From an uncultured delta proteobacterium (GTDB lineage Bacteria; Myxococcota_A; Polyangia; Polyangiales; B10-G4): DNA of 64,000 nt. A program made the position numbers and the translations under genes. The DNA is taken from assembly GCA_963727445.1 (NCBI GenBank), contig CAVSGI010000013.1, positions 209,316-273,315 on the forward strand, given 5' to 3'. The notes under the pieces were generated by a model. It saw only the letters and a list, made by a program, of their open reading frames with translations, searched no databases and had not been told where the DNA came from. Position 1 is the stretch's first letter. Each line of letters opens with the position of its first letter. Shown here piece after piece: positions 51,864 to 64,000 of the stretch.

Positions 51864-53635
51864 TCAGAGCCACAGATACGTCGCGACGCTCACCGCGACG
51901 ACGCCCGTCACGAGCTGAAGCGGGACGCCGATGCGGAAGAAGTCGGTGAAGCGATAGCCGCCCGGTCCGAGGACCATCAGGTTCGTCTGGTAGCTGATGG
52001 GCGTGGCGAAGCTGGCGCTCGCGGCGAGCATCAGCACCAGGAGCATCGGCCGGATGGACAGGCCCGCGGACTCCGCGGCGGCCGCCGCGATGGGGAAGAC
52101 CAGCGCGGCCGCGGCGTTGTTGCCGACGACCGTCGCGAAGCCGGCGGTGACGACATAGAAGGCGGCGAGCAGGCCCACCGGCCCGAGCGGCGTCGCCAAG
52201 CCCACCAGCGCCGACGCGACGAGCGACGCCGCGCCGCTGCTTGTCGAGCGCCGCTGCCACCCCGAACGCCGCCGCGATCGTCGCGAGCACGCGCAGGTCG
52301 AGGGCCCGCCGCGCTTCGGGGCCGGTCACACAGCGTGTCAGCAGCATGGCGCCGGTCGCCAGGAGCGCCGAGGTGAGCAGCGGCAAGAGGCCCGCTGTAT
52401 TCGCGGCGACCATGACGAGCAGGATCAACGTCGCGATCCACGCCCGATCGTGACGAGGCGGCGCGCTCCCGCGCACCTCCGTGATCAGGGCGAAGGTGCC
52501 GTCGTTGCGATGCTTGCGCTCGAAGGACGGTCGGTCTCGAGCAGGAGCGTGTCGCCGATCTCGAGCACGATGTCGCCCACCTTCTTCTCGATGCGCTCGC
52601 CATGGCGGTGCACGGCGATGATCGCCGCTTCGTAGATCGTCCGGAACCTGCTCTCGCGAATGCTCTTGCCGATGAGCGGCGACTGGCGCCCGATGACCGC
52701 CTCGAAGAGGCGCCGGTTGGCGGTGGGCTCGAGGAGCTTGTCGACCTGGTTCGTGTCGGGCACCAGGCCGCGGATCTTCCGCAGGTCCACCACGCTGTCC
52801 ACCACACCGGCGAAGAGCAGGACGTCGTCCGCCATCAGGTGCACCTCGGGTCCCACCGCGACGATCTCCTCTCCGTCGCGCGCGATCTGCACCAGGAAGA
52901 GCCCCGGCAGGTGACGCAGCCCGGCCTTCTCGATGGTCTGCCCGACCACCGGCGGGCTCGGCTCCACCCGCATCGCCACCGTGTACTGGCGCAGGTTGTC
53001 GAAGGCGGCGCTCATGCCCCGCCGCTCGGGCAAGAGCCAGCGGGACGAAGCGACGATGAAGATCGATCCCGACCGGGCACACCGGCAGACCGAGCCAAGC
53101 GATGTCGAACATCCCGAAATGCGATCTCGGGGAACCGCTCGCTCGCGAGGCCCGCCACGACCAGGTTGGTGCTGGTGCCGATGAGCGTGCAGGTGCCGCC
53201 GAGGATCGCCGCGTAGGAGAGCGGGATCATCAGCTTCGAAGCGCTGATGCCGGCGCGCCGCGACCAGTCGCTGACGATGGGCACCATCATCGCGACCACC
53301 GGCGTGTTGTTGAGGAAGGCGCTGATCGCCCCGATGGGCAGCATCAGTCGGAGCTGCGCGCCGGTGAGGCCCTTCGGCTGACCCAGGACGCGCCGCGCCA
53401 CGAAGTCGAGCCCGCCCGTCTCGCGCAACCCAGCCGCGACCACGAAGAGCGCCGCCACCGTGAGCACGGCGGGATTCGAAAAACCGCCGAGGGCCTCCCC
53501 TGGGTCCACCACGCCGGTCGCCAGGAGCACCGTGAGCGCCGCGACCATGATCAGGTCGGGTCCCGCCACGTTGAACACCATCCCCAGGACGATGCCCACC
53601 GTCACGATGACCGAGATCCACCCGTCCGAGGTCAT
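51864..53635 (-). CDS. SLC13/DASS-type anion permease with tandem TrkA-C (RCK_C) domains; coding sequence split over at least 4 frames
   Basis: N-terminal segment (ORF 53012..53635; LMLPIGAISAFLNNTPVVAMMVPI). TrkA-C domains (ORF 52485..53621; PLIGKSIRESRFRTIYEAAIIAVHRHGERIEKKVGDIVLEIGDTLLLE). C-terminal permease half (ORFs 51859..53112 and 51864..52205; SIRPMLLVLMLAASASFATPISYQTNLMVLGPGGYRFTDFFRIGVP). Confidence 0.6.
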
Positions 53636-53682
53636 GCCGCCGCGAGCCTACAGCACGCGGAGCTTTTTCGCCTTCGCGCTCG

Positions 53683-54318
53683 TCAGCGGGAGATGCGGAG
53701 CTGGTAGTGCTGACAGTCTCCGGTGCCGACGGGGCGGTAGACGCGGATCACCGCGGCCTCCGGCCAGGGAACGTCGCGGGTGGACCACGCCGCCGGGCCC
53801 TCCATCGCTTGATCGTCGGTGAAGGACCAGGAGTCGATGTCGCGCGCGCTCATCCCGTCGCCGCAGCCGAGGGTGGTGCTGCAGGTGCCGCGCACCTCGA
53901 AGCGGAACGCGTCCCCTTCGTTCGTGGCGAAATCGATCGAGGGCATGCCGCCGCCCGGCGTTCCCACGCTCATGCCTGCATCACCGCCCGTGCCCGCATC
54001 GCCGCCCGTGCTCATCGTGCTCAGCGGGAAGTCGACCCGGAACCAATCCTCGTCGCCGGTGTTCGGCAGGACCCCCGGCTCCGTCATCATCATCATGCCC
54101 GCGGCGATGGTCCCGAGATCGGTCGCGCTCTCGCAGGCGCTGCCGTTCGTGTCGTCGGTGCAGGTGGGCATCGTCATCCCGCTGTCGCGCTGAGTGCTCG
54201 AGTCGGGCCGGACGGTGCCGGTGTCTCGGCCCGTGTAGGTGCCGCTATCCGTGGTGCCCGAGCTCCCCTGGGCACAGCCGAAGAAGAGGCAGAGGCACAT
54301 GCCGAAGAACCCGCGCAT
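53683..54318 (-). CDS. secreted Cys/Thr/Gly/Met-rich lipoprotein, hypothetical
   Basis: Lipobox MCLCLFFGCAQG; low-complexity mature region with multiple Cys and Met clusters (GMMMMTEPG). Confidence 0.45.
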   Translation of the reverse strand: MRGFFGMCLCLFFGCAQGSSGTTDSGTYTGRDTGTVRPDSSTQRDSGMTMPTCTDDTNGSACESATDLGTIAAGMMMMTEPGVLPNTGDEDWFRVDFPLSTMSTGGDAGTGGDAGMSVGTPGGGMPSIDFATNEGDAFRFEVRGTCSTTLGCGDGMSARDIDSWSFTDDQAMEGPAAWSTRDVPWPEAAVIRVYRPVGTGDCQHYQLRISR

Positions 54319-54398
54319 CCGACACTCACCTTAGCAGAGCCTCGCCCGACACAGCAGTTGGGGCGCAACTCGGCACCGCAAAGCCCGATAAGGCGCCC

Positions 54399-55251
54399 AT
54401 GAGCCCCCGGCGCGCCCTCCTCCTGTCCCTGGCCCTCACCCTCCCCGTCCTCGGCGGCTGCGGAGGCCTCGGCATCTCCGAAGCGGCGATGGCCCACAAC
54501 AGAGCTGGCGCCGACCTCCTGGCCGTGGGGGATCTCGATGCCGCGGAGGCACGCTTCCGGCTCGCCCTCGAGCACCGCCCCGGCTTCTCTGAAGCCCGCG
54601 CCAACCTCGCCCTCGTCGCCGCGGAGCGCGGACACCTCGCGGAGGCCGAGCGCCACGCGAAGGACGCGCTCGAGTCGAACCCCGACTTCGCCCTCGGCTG
54701 GTCCACGCTCGGGCTCGTGCAGGAGCGCCGCGGCGCCCTCGACGACGCGGAGGAGAGCTACGCCCGCGCCCTCGAGAATCGACCCCGACCTGCCCACCGC
54801 CCGGCGCAACCTCGGCCTTCTGCTCATTCAAAGGGAGCGCTTCGCCGAGGCCCGCGCCCACCTGCTCCGCCTCCGTGAGGTGGACCCCGACGACCTCGAA
54901 GCCCGGGCTCATCTCGCCTGGTGCGAGCTCCGCCTCGGGCGACCGCGGGCGGCCTTCGACGAGGCGAACGCGATCCTGAACGTCCGCGCCGGCCAGCCGA
55001 GCGCGCTCCTCGTTCGGGGCGCGGCCCGGGCGCGACTGGGCCAGCTCGCGCCGGCGGCGGAGGACCTTCGCCGCGCGGCGCGCGACCGATCGGTCCGCGC
55101 GGCGGCGCTCTCGCGGCTCCTCTTGGTGATGTCGATCACCGGTGAGAGCCACGGGGAAGGGGAGGCGGTGGCGGCGATCCTCAGGCGGGACTTTCGCCGC
55201 GATCCCGCTGCGGTTTACGCGCTCGAGGAGTGGGCCCGAAGGGCCGAATGA
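54399..55251 (+). CDS. TPR-repeat lipoprotein; apparent 1-nt frameshift near 54780
   Basis: Signal MSPRRALLLSLALTLPVLGGCG. TPR helices continue from ORF 54399..54878 into ORF 54538..55251 (...ALENRP | DLPTARRNLGLLLIQRERFAEARAHL...). Confidence 0.55.
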
Positions 55252-55317
55252 GACCTCGATTTATCCGCGCGAGATCGCTACTCTTGGGGCCGCTTTTCCG
55301 GGGGCGAAAAGAGGCTC

Positions 55318-56931
55318 ATGTTCGAACGCTTCGATCAACAGAGGCTGATCTTGGCGGGGCTCGCCGCCCTCGTCGGAGGGCTCGCGGTCTACCTCTTGAT
55401 GGTTCAGCACCAGGACGCCGCCCTGGTCAGCTTCGTGGGTTTCGGGTTCGCGGTGATCACGGGTTTGACCGTCACCTCGGCAGCCACCCGCGGCATCGAC
55501 CCCCTCGAGGTCCAACGCCTGCAGACCGTGGCCGAGGAGGACAAGCAGAACCTCGAAGACCAGATCCACGGCCTGCGTACCCAGCTCGAGCAGGCGAAGC
55601 GCGAGCGTGACGAAGCGAAGAAGGCGGCCGACCAGGTCCGCGTGGGCCTCTCCGACAACAACCAGGTGCTCCACGCCAAGGTGGACGCGCTCTCCGCGAG
55701 CCTCGGCGAGCAGATGGTGGCCGCCGAGCAGTCGACCACCTCCATGAAGGACATGACCGAGGCGCAGCAGGAGATCGCCCAGCACGTCGAGGCCCTCGCC
55801 TCGAGCGCCGAAGAGAGCTCCTCGTCGATCCTGGAGATGACCGCCACCAACGACGAGGTGGCCGAGAACATGGCCAACCTCGCCGCGAGCGTCCGCGAGA
55901 CCGTGTCCTCGATCGAGGAGATGGCGTACTCCATCAAGGAGGTCGCGCGGAACGTCGACGCGCTCTCCCTCACCGCCGAGGAGACGTCCTCCTCGATGAA
56001 CCAGATGGACGTCTCCATCGACCAGGTGCAGTCGAACGCCAACGAGACGGCGCGCCTCTCCGAGGAGGTCGCCATCGACGCCGACAAGGGCGCCGAGGCC
56101 ATCCTGAAGACGATCGAGGAGATCGGCCGGATCAAGGAGACCTCGGGGACCGCGGTGTCGGTCATCTCGAACCTCGGCTCCCGCATCGAGGCCATCGGCG
56201 ACATCCTCAACGTCATCGACGACGTGGCCGAGCAGACCAACCTGCTGGCCCTGAACGCGGCGATCATCGCCGCCCAGGCCGGCGAGCACGGCAAGGGCTT
56301 CGCCGTCGTGGCCGACGAGATCAAGGACCTCGCCGAGCGCGCGGGCGCCTCCACCAAGGAGATCGCCGAGCTCATCAAGACGATTCAGGCCGAGTCGAAG
56401 AACGCCATCAACGCGGTGGAGCGCGGCAACGCCACCGTCGACCGCGGCGTCCAGGTCAGCGCCGAGGCCGAGCGCGCCCTCAAGAAGATCCTCGAGAGCT
56501 CGAACAAGTCGACGTCGATGGTCCGCGCCATCGCCCGCGCCACCGTGGAGCAGGCCAAGGGCTCGAAGCAGGTCACCGACGCCATCGGGCGCATCGCCGA
56601 GACGGTGCAGCAGATCGCCGCGGCCACCGCCGAGCAGGCGCGCGGCTCGGAGCTCATCATGAAGAGCGCCGAGAAGATGCGCCTCATCACCCAGCACGTG
56701 GAGCGGAGCTCGCAGGAGCAGGCGCGAGGCGGCAGGCAGATCACTCAGGCCATCGAGAACATCTCGAACATGGTCAACCACCTGCACCAGGCCCAGCGCC
56801 AGCAGCAGCGTGGCTCCGAGCAGTCCCTGGCGGCCGCGGCCCGTATCCAGGAGCTGACCCGCGAGTACGAGGAGCACCTCCGCCAGATCGCGACCGCGTC
56901 GGACCGCCTCCAAACCCTGTCGGAGGGATGA
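55318..56931 (+). CDS. methyl-accepting chemotaxis protein (N-terminal TM region, long coiled-coil signalling domain)
   Basis: Highly conserved MCP signalling hairpin [38 protein letters not shown]; heptad-repeat methylation helices. Confidence 0.9.
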   Translation: MFERFDQQRLILAGLAALVGGLAVYLLMVQHQDAALVSFVGFGFAVITGLTVTSAATRGIDPLEVQRLQTVAEEDKQNLEDQIHGLRTQLEQAKRERDEAKKAADQVRVGLSDNNQVLHAKVDALSASLGEQMVAAEQSTTSMKDMTEAQQEIAQHVEALASSAEESSSSILEMTATNDEVAENMANLAASVRETVSSIEEMAYSIKEVARNVDALSLTAEETSSSMNQMDVSIDQVQSNANETARLSEEVAIDADKGAEAILKTIEEIGRIKETSGTAVSVISNLGSRIEAIGDILNVIDDVAEQTNLLALNAAIIAAQAGEHGKGFAVVADEIKDLAERAGASTKEIAELIKTIQAESKNAINAVERGNATVDRGVQVSAEAERALKKILESSNKSTSMVRAIARATVEQAKGSKQVTDAIGRIAETVQQIAAATAEQARGSELIMKSAEKMRLITQHVERSSQEQARGGRQITQAIENISNMVNHLHQAQRQQQRGSEQSLAAAARIQELTREYEEHLRQIATASDRLQTLSEG

Positions 56932-56967
56932 CCAGATCGCCCTCGTGCGGTAGATCTGAGTCGCACG

Positions 56968-57429
56968 ATGTTCGGCATCGGTTTCGGCGAGATGCTCATG
57001 ATCGCGGTGGTCCTCCTGATCGCCGTCGGCCCCAAGAAGATGCCCACCTTCATGAAGGCGGTGGGCAAGGGGCTTCGGGAGTTCCGTCGCGCCACGCGTG
57101 AGCTCAAGGCGGCCGCGGGGATCGACGAGCTGATGCGCGACGATTCGCTCCGGAACCCCCTCGCCGCGAAGAAGCCCAAGCCCCGGCCGGCCTACCAGAT
57201 GGACGCCGCGGACCGGCTCAAGGAACGCCCGAAAGCCGGAACCGACATCGCCCACGCCTCCGACCACTCGGAGGCCGCCCGCGCCTTCCGGCCGCCGCCT
57301 CCCGAGCCGCCAGCGGTGATCCCCCAGGCCGACGGGCCGGTGATGGCTCCCGTCGACACGAAGCCCAGCGCCTCCGAAGAGCCCGTCGTGGTCGGCGCGA
57401 AGGAGACGGGAGACGGGGGGAGCGAGTGA
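56968..57429 (+). CDS. tatB: Sec-independent translocase TatA/B-family protein (TatB-like, 153 aa)
   Basis: MFGIGFGEMLMIAVVLLIAVGPKKMP N-terminal TM followed by an amphipathic helix; length and MFxIGF start favour TatB. Confidence 0.75.
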   Translation: MFGIGFGEMLMIAVVLLIAVGPKKMPTFMKAVGKGLREFRRATRELKAAAGIDELMRDDSLRNPLAAKKPKPRPAYQMDAADRLKERPKAGTDIAHASDHSEAARAFRPPPPEPPAVIPQADGPVMAPVDTKPSASEEPVVVGAKETGDGGSE

Positions 57430-58253
57430 GCGCGACCGCCGAGCGACCCGAAGTCCCCGAAGACGACGTCGAGATGGGCTTCTTCGAGCACCTGGGCGAG
57501 CTCCGCTACCGTCTCATCCGCTCGCTCTACGGCGTGGTCCCCGGGCTCGCCGTCGGCTGGATCTTCCGCGAGGAGCTCCTCGGCGCGCTCATCCAGCCCT
57601 TCCACCAGGGCTGGGAGGGCATCGGCATGGAGGGCGAGCCCCACCTCGTCTTCCTCAACCCGATCGACCCCTTCGTCGCCTACCTGAAGATCGCCGTCAT
57701 CGTCGGCATCCTCACCGGCGGCCCGTGGCTCTTCTGGCAGCTCTGGGCCTTCGTCTCGCCCGGCCTCTACCGGCGCGAGAAGCGCCTCGCGATCCCCTTC
57801 GTCGCGGTGGCCAGCATCTTCTTCGCGTCCGGCCTGTCCTTCGGCTACTTCGTCGTCTTCCCGATGGCGTTCCAGTACTTCCTGGAGTTCGCGGTGATCC
57901 TCCCGGGCGGCGTGAAGCTCGAGCCCGAGATCGCGATCAACGAGATCATGACCTTCGAGATCCGGATGCTCCTCGCGTTCGGCATCGTCTTCGAGCTGCC
58001 GGTGGTGGTGTCCTTCATGGCCGCCGCACACATCGTTCACTGGAAGCAGCTGCTGCGCTTCAGCCGCTGGTGGATCCTCATCGCCACCATCCTGGCTTCG
58101 CTCCTCACGCCGCCCGACGTCGGCTCGCAGCTCCTGATGCTGGGCCCGCTGGTCGTCTTGTGGTTCATCTCCGTCGGCTTCGCCTTCGTGATCCAGCGCG
58201 GCAAGAAGGAGCCCGGCGCAGTCCCGGCCGAGGCCGAAGAAGACGACCAGTAA
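57426..58253 (+). CDS. tatC: Sec-independent protein translocase TatC
   Basis: Six-TM TatC signature (FFEHLGELRYRLI, PFVAYLKIAVIVGILTGGPW, LTPPD). Confidence 0.9.
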   Translation: MSATAERPEVPEDDVEMGFFEHLGELRYRLIRSLYGVVPGLAVGWIFREELLGALIQPFHQGWEGIGMEGEPHLVFLNPIDPFVAYLKIAVIVGILTGGPWLFWQLWAFVSPGLYRREKRLAIPFVAVASIFFASGLSFGYFVVFPMAFQYFLEFAVILPGGVKLEPEIAINEIMTFEIRMLLAFGIVFELPVVVSFMAAAHIVHWKQLLRFSRWWILIATILASLLTPPDVGSQLLMLGPLVVLWFISVGFAFVIQRGKKEPGAVPAEAEEDDQ

Positions 58254-58313
58254 GCCCCCCGCGAGCGACGAGCGAGCCGGCACAGAGCGAAGCGAAGCGC
58301 CGCGGGGTCGATA

Positions 58314-59141
58314 TCAATAGGGCGGGAAGCGCGGGACGTCGTCGCCGACGATCCACTGATCGCCCCAGATGCTCTGGCCACCGTCGATGTAGATGGTCTG
58401 GCCGGTGACGAAGTCGGCCTGCTTCGAGGCGAGGTAGCAGACCATGTGGCTGACCTCCTCCGGCGCGCCCAGGCGCTTGGCGAGGGACGCCTTGCGGCCG
58501 GCTTCGAGGAGCTCGGGCGGATAGCGGTTCGTCCCGCTCGACGCGATGATGCCCGGCGCTACCGAGTTGACGCGCACGCCGTGCATCGCCCACTCGATCG
58601 CGAGGGTCATGGTCATGTTGGCCACGCCGGCGCGCGCCGCCCCGGTGTGCACCATGCCGGGGAAGCCGCGGTGCACCTGCGCGATGATGTTGACGATCCG
58701 CCCGCGCTTCTGCGGCACGAAGGCGCGGGTGGCGACGGCGTGGGTGACGTTCCAGGTGCCGAGGAGGTTGTTGCGCACCACCGCCTCGAAGCCCTTCGGG
58801 CTGATCGACTCCGCGGGTGAGGGGAACTGACCGCCGGCGTTGTTCACCAGCACGTCGATGCGGCCGTAGCGCTCGAGGATTCCGTCGACCCAGGCGTGGA
58901 TCTCGTCCGGGTTCCGGATGTCGCAGGTCCCGGTATGAACCTCTCCGTTGCCCTCGGCGGCGATCTTCTCCGCGCCTTCGGAGAGGGGCTCGGGGCGCCG
59001 CCCACCGATGGCCAGCTTGGCGCCGAGGCGCGCGAATTCGCGCGCGATGGCGAGGCCGATCCCGGTGCCGCCACCGGTGACGGCGACCACCTCGTCTTCG
59101 AAGAGACCGTCTCGAAATATCGTGGGCGTGCGATCCGACAT
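58314..59141 (-). CDS. SDR-family oxidoreductase (2,4-dienoyl-CoA reductase-like)
   Basis: Start trimmed to MSDRTPTIF; TGGGTGIG Rossmann motif, NNAG, catalytic-region pattern; the 313-aa ORF has an N-terminal extension unlikely to be real. Confidence 0.8.
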   Translation of the reverse strand: MSDRTPTIFRDGLFEDEVVAVTGGGTGIGLAIAREFARLGAKLAIGGRRPEPLSEGAEKIAAEGNGEVHTGTCDIRNPDEIHAWVDGILERYGRIDVLVNNAGGQFPSPAESISPKGFEAVVRNNLLGTWNVTHAVATRAFVPQKRGRIVNIIAQVHRGFPGMVHTGAARAGVANMTMTLAIEWAMHGVRVNSVAPGIIASSGTNRYPPELLEAGRKASLAKRLGAPEEVSHMVCYLASKQADFVTGQTIYIDGGQSIWGDQWIVGDDVPRFPPY

Positions 59142-59258
59142 GGCGCCCGGACTGTAAATAGCGGACCGAGATTCAGCAACGGGTACCATCTCGGCGCGGT
59201 GTTGGTCCGACCTCGAGAGCACCTGTCCGAATCGATCGCTGTCTTCCGGAAGCATCCG

Positions 59259-60566
59259 GTGATCACGGCGTCGCTGGGCCTATCTCTGGTGTTTTCAGTC
59301 TGCGCGCTCTGTTGCGGCCTCGGTCTCTTCGCGCTGCCGTGGTTCGGCTGTGAGCTCTATGCCTTCCAGGTCCGCGTCGGGAGTGGGGAGAAGGTGAGCC
59401 GAAAGCCTGCGTGGCTCTCGGCGGGCCTCTTCATCCTGGCCGCAGCGTCGCTGGTGGTGATCGCATCCGCGGTCTCGTCTCTCGGCGTCCAGTTCGACGG
59501 AGAGGACGCCTTCACCGACGCGCGGCGGATCGGCCTGGCCGTCGCCGGCGTGACCCTGGCGATGCTCTTCACCGTGCCCTTCACCTACGCGCCGCGCATC
59601 CTCGTCGACAAAGGCGGCACCATCGGCGGCGCCGCCCTCGAGAGCGCGCGCTTCTTCGTGCGCGACGGCGTGTGGGGACACATGAAGCTGGTCGTCCTCG
59701 CCCACCTCGTCCAATCGGCGCCACTGCTCGTCGCCACGGTGGTCGCGCTCGCGCTCGCGGACGCCTCCGCGGTTCCGATCCTCCTCGCGGTCGCGCTTCC
59801 CTTCCTGGCGGTCACGGTGCCGGTGGGCCAGGGCGTGATCACCGCGGCTTGGGTCGCGCGGCGGGGCCGGCTCACCGACGCCGCGAAGCGCCGCCCCGAA
59901 GGTCGGGCTCCGCTCGGGCTCTCCGCGCTTCTCGCGACGACCTGGGTGGCGCCCGGCCTGTCGCTCGCGATGGTGATCGCCTCGCTGCTCGGCCCCTCCG
60001 AGCTGCCGGTCGTCCGCGACCAGCCGCCCGGCGAGCTGCTCACCGACGTCGCCATCGACGGGCCGCGGCAGCTGACCCTTCCGGACAGCGCGCTGACCCT
60101 CACCATCGATGGCACTCACGCTTCCGTGGAAGCCTCCGACGGCGGCGGCGTGGGAACGCTCCCCGTCCCCGGCGACGCACCGATCACCCGCGTGATCATC
60201 ACCCGTCGCTTCGATGACTACACCATCGATCTCGAGGCGGCCGGGGTGCGGCGGCGCGCCATCATCGACCGCGCTGGCGTGCGACAGCACGACGATCTCA
60301 GCACGCGCCTCTCTCAGCGCCTGCCGCTCTGGGGCCTGATCGTCCTCGGCCTCGCGCTGCTGATCACGCCCCTGCTCCTGACGGGCGTCCTGGTCGGGCT
60401 CGCCGAGCTCCGCCGCAGCGCGACCCTGCCGAAGGGAGTGCTCAGCGACCCCGAGCTCCTCGGCTCCCGCCGACGTGTCCTCAGGAGGGGGATCCTGTGG
60501 ATACTGCTCCTCGCCCCGCTGAGCATCGCTGCGCTGGGCGCCGGGGTGGTGGCGCTGATTGGTTAG
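59259..60566 (+). CDS. polytopic integral membrane protein, hypothetical
   Basis: At least 8 hydrophobic helices; start uncertain (GTG at 59259 or TTG at 59202); the upstream part of the 556-aa ORF is antisense to the SDR gene. Confidence 0.4.
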   Translation: MITASLGLSLVFSVCALCCGLGLFALPWFGCELYAFQVRVGSGEKVSRKPAWLSAGLFILAAASLVVIASAVSSLGVQFDGEDAFTDARRIGLAVAGVTLAMLFTVPFTYAPRILVDKGGTIGGAALESARFFVRDGVWGHMKLVVLAHLVQSAPLLVATVVALALADASAVPILLAVALPFLAVTVPVGQGVITAAWVARRGRLTDAAKRRPEGRAPLGLSALLATTWVAPGLSLAMVIASLLGPSELPVVRDQPPGELLTDVAIDGPRQLTLPDSALTLTIDGTHASVEASDGGGVGTLPVPGDAPITRVIITRRFDDYTIDLEAAGVRRRAIIDRAGVRQHDDLSTRLSQRLPLWGLIVLGLALLITPLLLTGVLVGLAELRRSATLPKGVLSDPELLGSRRRVLRRGILWILLLAPLSIAALGAGVVALIG

Positions 60567-60582
60567 GCTATGCTCCGCCGCG

Positions 60583-60921
60583 ATGGCGGACTCGGAAACG
60601 GATTCGGAGACCGAGACGGATTCGAAGACCGAGGCGGGCTCGGACTCGGGGGCGGACGCGGACGCCGACAAAGAAGCCCCGCTTCCCGGCGCCGGCACGC
60701 CCGAAGGAGAATCTCTCGCCAAGGCGCTCGCCGCCTTCGAGCGCGGGGATTACGTCGAGGTCCGGCAGCTCACCGAGAAGCTCGTCGAGGCGCCGGATGC
60801 CGAAGTCGCGGGCTTCGCGCGGGACCTGCTGACGCGCACCCAGATCGACCCCGTTCAGGTCGGCGTGGTGCTCGCTTGCCTCGCACTCTTCGCCTACATC
60901 GTCTACACGTACGTCCTCTGA
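60583..60921 (+). CDS. small acidic protein with C-terminal TM helix, hypothetical
   Basis: MADSETDSETETDSKTEAGSDSGADADADKE acidic repeat N-terminus, C-terminal VGVVLACLALFAYIVYTYVL; stop overlaps the next start. Confidence 0.35.
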   Translation: MADSETDSETETDSKTEAGSDSGADADADKEAPLPGAGTPEGESLAKALAAFERGDYVEVRQLTEKLVEAPDAEVAGFARDLLTRTQIDPVQVGVVLACLALFAYIVYTYVL

Positions 60922-61535
60922 TGAAGCACCTCTTCGCATCCCTGCTCCTCCTCGCCGCGGCCTGCGGCGGCACTCAAACCACCGAGGAGGGGCCGCGGGA
61001 GGATCTTCACGCACCCGACAACCTCTACCCACTCGGCGAGGGCTACGTCTGGTCCTATCAGGTCGACAACGGCATCGAGCAGGTGCTCGGCGTCGCCCAG
61101 GTGACGGCCGTGATCGGCCCCCGCGTCGAGGTGAGCGCCCTCGGCGGAGAGCCTTTCGTCTACGAGCGCCGCCTGCCCGAGGGCATCTACCGTCCGGCCT
61201 CCTCCACCTGGTTGCTCAAAGCGCCCATCGTGGTCGGCGCCGAGTGGCCTGCGCCGAGCGGCCGCACCGCACACGTCGCTTCCGTCAGCCAGCACATCGA
61301 GGTCCCCGCGGGTGCGTTCGACGACTGCGTGCGTATCGAAGAGGACGGCGGCGAGGATCAGAAGACGGTCAAGACGATCTACTGCCCGGGCATCGGCCCG
61401 GTGTACGTCGAGACCTCGATGGCGCTCACGATGACCGAGCAACCCCCCCGCATCATCGGTCGTCTGATGGGATGCAACCTGCGCGAGCGGAACGCGCGCA
61501 CCCACGACGTCTGCATGGACATCACCGCGCCCTGA
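60921..61535 (+). CDS. lipoprotein, hypothetical (204 aa)
   Basis: MKHLFASLLLLAAACGG lipobox; mature domain without recognisable motifs. Confidence 0.5.
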   Translation: MKHLFASLLLLAAACGGTQTTEEGPREDLHAPDNLYPLGEGYVWSYQVDNGIEQVLGVAQVTAVIGPRVEVSALGGEPFVYERRLPEGIYRPASSTWLLKAPIVVGAEWPAPSGRTAHVASVSQHIEVPAGAFDDCVRIEEDGGEDQKTVKTIYCPGIGPVYVETSMALTMTEQPPRIIGRLMGCNLRERNARTHDVCMDITAP

Positions 61536-61585
61536 GCGGCGGCGTGCGTAGACGCGGCGAGGCCCTTGTGGCAGCGTCGCGCGTC

Positions 61586-62386
61586 ATGGAAAGCGGATCC
61601 CTCGTCCTGATCACGGGCGCCTCGAGCGGCATCGGGCGCGCCTCCGCCGTTCGCTTCGCGAAGTCCGGCTTTCGGGTGGTAGCCATCGCCCGGAGCAGGG
61701 ACAAGCTCGACGCCCTCGCCGCCGAAGTCCGCTCGGACTCGCGCGCGAAGGGCTCGGCCCTGGTCGAAGCGGTGGACGCCTCCGACGGAGAAGCCGTCCT
61801 CGCCATGGCGTCGCGGGTCCTCGCGGCGCACGGCACGCCGCGGGCAATCATCAACTGCGCGGGCGCGGGCCGCTGGCTCGACGTCGAAGAGACCTCTCCG
61901 GAAGAGATCCAAGCGATGATGGGCGCGCCCTTCTTCGCCGCGTTCCACATGTGCCACGCCTTCGTGGGGAAGATGCGCGAGGAGAAACGCGGCGTGCTCA
62001 TGCACATCAACTCGCCTGCATGCCTTCAGCCCTGGCCGGGGTCGACGGGGTACGCCTCGGCGCGATGGGCGCTGCGCGGCCTGCACGAATCGCTGCGCGT
62101 CGACCTCCACAAGAGCGGCGTGCACAGCTGCCACGTGATCTTCGGCGAGGTGACCAGCGCCTACTTCGACACCAACGAAGGCGCCCACGATCGCATCCCC
62201 GCCATCGGGAAGATCCTCCCCAAGATGAGCCCCGAGGACTGCGCCGACGTGCTCTACGAGCTCGCGCACAAGCCGCGTCACGAGGTGGTCGAGCCCCTGG
62301 CTCTGCGCGCGCTCTTCGCGTCCCAAAACGTCAGCCCCGGGCTCACCCGCGCCCTCACGATCCGCACCGGTCGCAAGCGCGGCTGA
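61586..62386 (+). CDS. SDR-family oxidoreductase
   Basis: Start at MESGSLVLITGASSGIGRA (TGxxxGIG), NCAG, YASARWAL (YxxxK-like) catalytic region. Confidence 0.8.
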   Translation: MESGSLVLITGASSGIGRASAVRFAKSGFRVVAIARSRDKLDALAAEVRSDSRAKGSALVEAVDASDGEAVLAMASRVLAAHGTPRAIINCAGAGRWLDVEETSPEEIQAMMGAPFFAAFHMCHAFVGKMREEKRGVLMHINSPACLQPWPGSTGYASARWALRGLHESLRVDLHKSGVHSCHVIFGEVTSAYFDTNEGAHDRIPAIGKILPKMSPEDCADVLYELAHKPRHEVVEPLALRALFASQNVSPGLTRALTIRTGRKRG

Positions 62387-62553
62387 GCGCCTCGCTGACC
62401 CCCGAGATCACGGGGTTTTCGGAGTCGATCTCCGCCTTGAAAGGACCCCCCCCTCGGGCTATGCTCCAGCGTTGCTGGCGGAGGGCGTGATCCGGCAACG
62501 ATTTCGGACCTTTTCGGTCCCTCGCGCGCCCCCCCGAACCCACCGCGGATTCC

Positions 62554-64000
<1,447 letters not shown>

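Noticed and set aside
51499-52376. Plus-strand ORFs of 139 and 253 aa crossing the 52-bp repeat array
   Set aside because: Their sequences are just iterated translations of the tandem repeat (…RALPSTSVRPRGP… repeated) and then run antisense into the transporter gene.
55404-56378. 324-aa minus-strand ORF rich in Ser/Ala
   Set aside because: Antisense to the MCP signalling domain, which is unambiguous on the plus strand.

Overview
This is a ~70% GC, gene-dense window of chromosomal-looking DNA. I could support about 55 protein-coding genes but no rRNA, tRNA, CRISPR array, integrase or transposase. The gene content points to a myxobacterium-like deltaproteobacterium (inference only): four Hanks-type Ser/Thr kinases, PEGA-domain proteins, three sigma-54 activators (one fused to an FHA domain), many lipoproteins and Thr/Glu-rich linkers.

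Recognisable blocks, in order:
- A Tol cluster (tolQ-tolR-tolA-like-tolB) with a pilin-like gene, a SanA/DUF218 gene and a TlpA thioredoxin.
- A TPR+PEGA protein whose coding frame changes inside a tandem repeat.
- An FG-GAP lipoprotein followed by two tandem NtrC-family sigma-54 response regulators.
- A DUF1501 protein with a CxxCH-containing partner and a small lipoprotein.
- Kinases, a GH43 hydrolase and an octaheme c-type cytochrome.
- Two overlapping methyltransferases followed by a kinase.
- Two tandem paralogous giant lipoproteins (~1600 and ~1380 aa) with FecR-VIT-vWA-TonB_C-like-TPR architecture, then YaeQ and a DUF2341/LamG lipoprotein.
- A TetR-regulated cassette: PEP-utilising swivel enzyme, O-methyltransferase, separate PPDK_N ATP-grasp gene, SCP2 protein.
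- A WYL regulator next to a dual zinc-ribbon protein.
- A 52-bp tandem repeat array, a fragmented SLC13/TrkA-C transporter, an MCP, tatB-tatC, two SDR oxidoreductases, and the 5' part of gyrB.

Caution on quality: at least 12 genes switch reading frame mid-gene, and gyrB alone does so roughly eight times. gyrB is essential, so these are most parsimoniously indel sequencing errors (draft or long-read assembly), not pseudogenes. Every apparent frameshift here should be read that way until raw reads say otherwise. Several ORF-track start coordinates were moved to the first plausible signal peptide or start codon.

No canonical defence or mobile element was seen. The best candidates for undescribed biology are the tandem giant FecR-VIT-vWA lipoproteins, the split phosphotransferase-methyltransferase cassette, the methyltransferase-pair-plus-kinase module and the WYL/zinc-ribbon pair.
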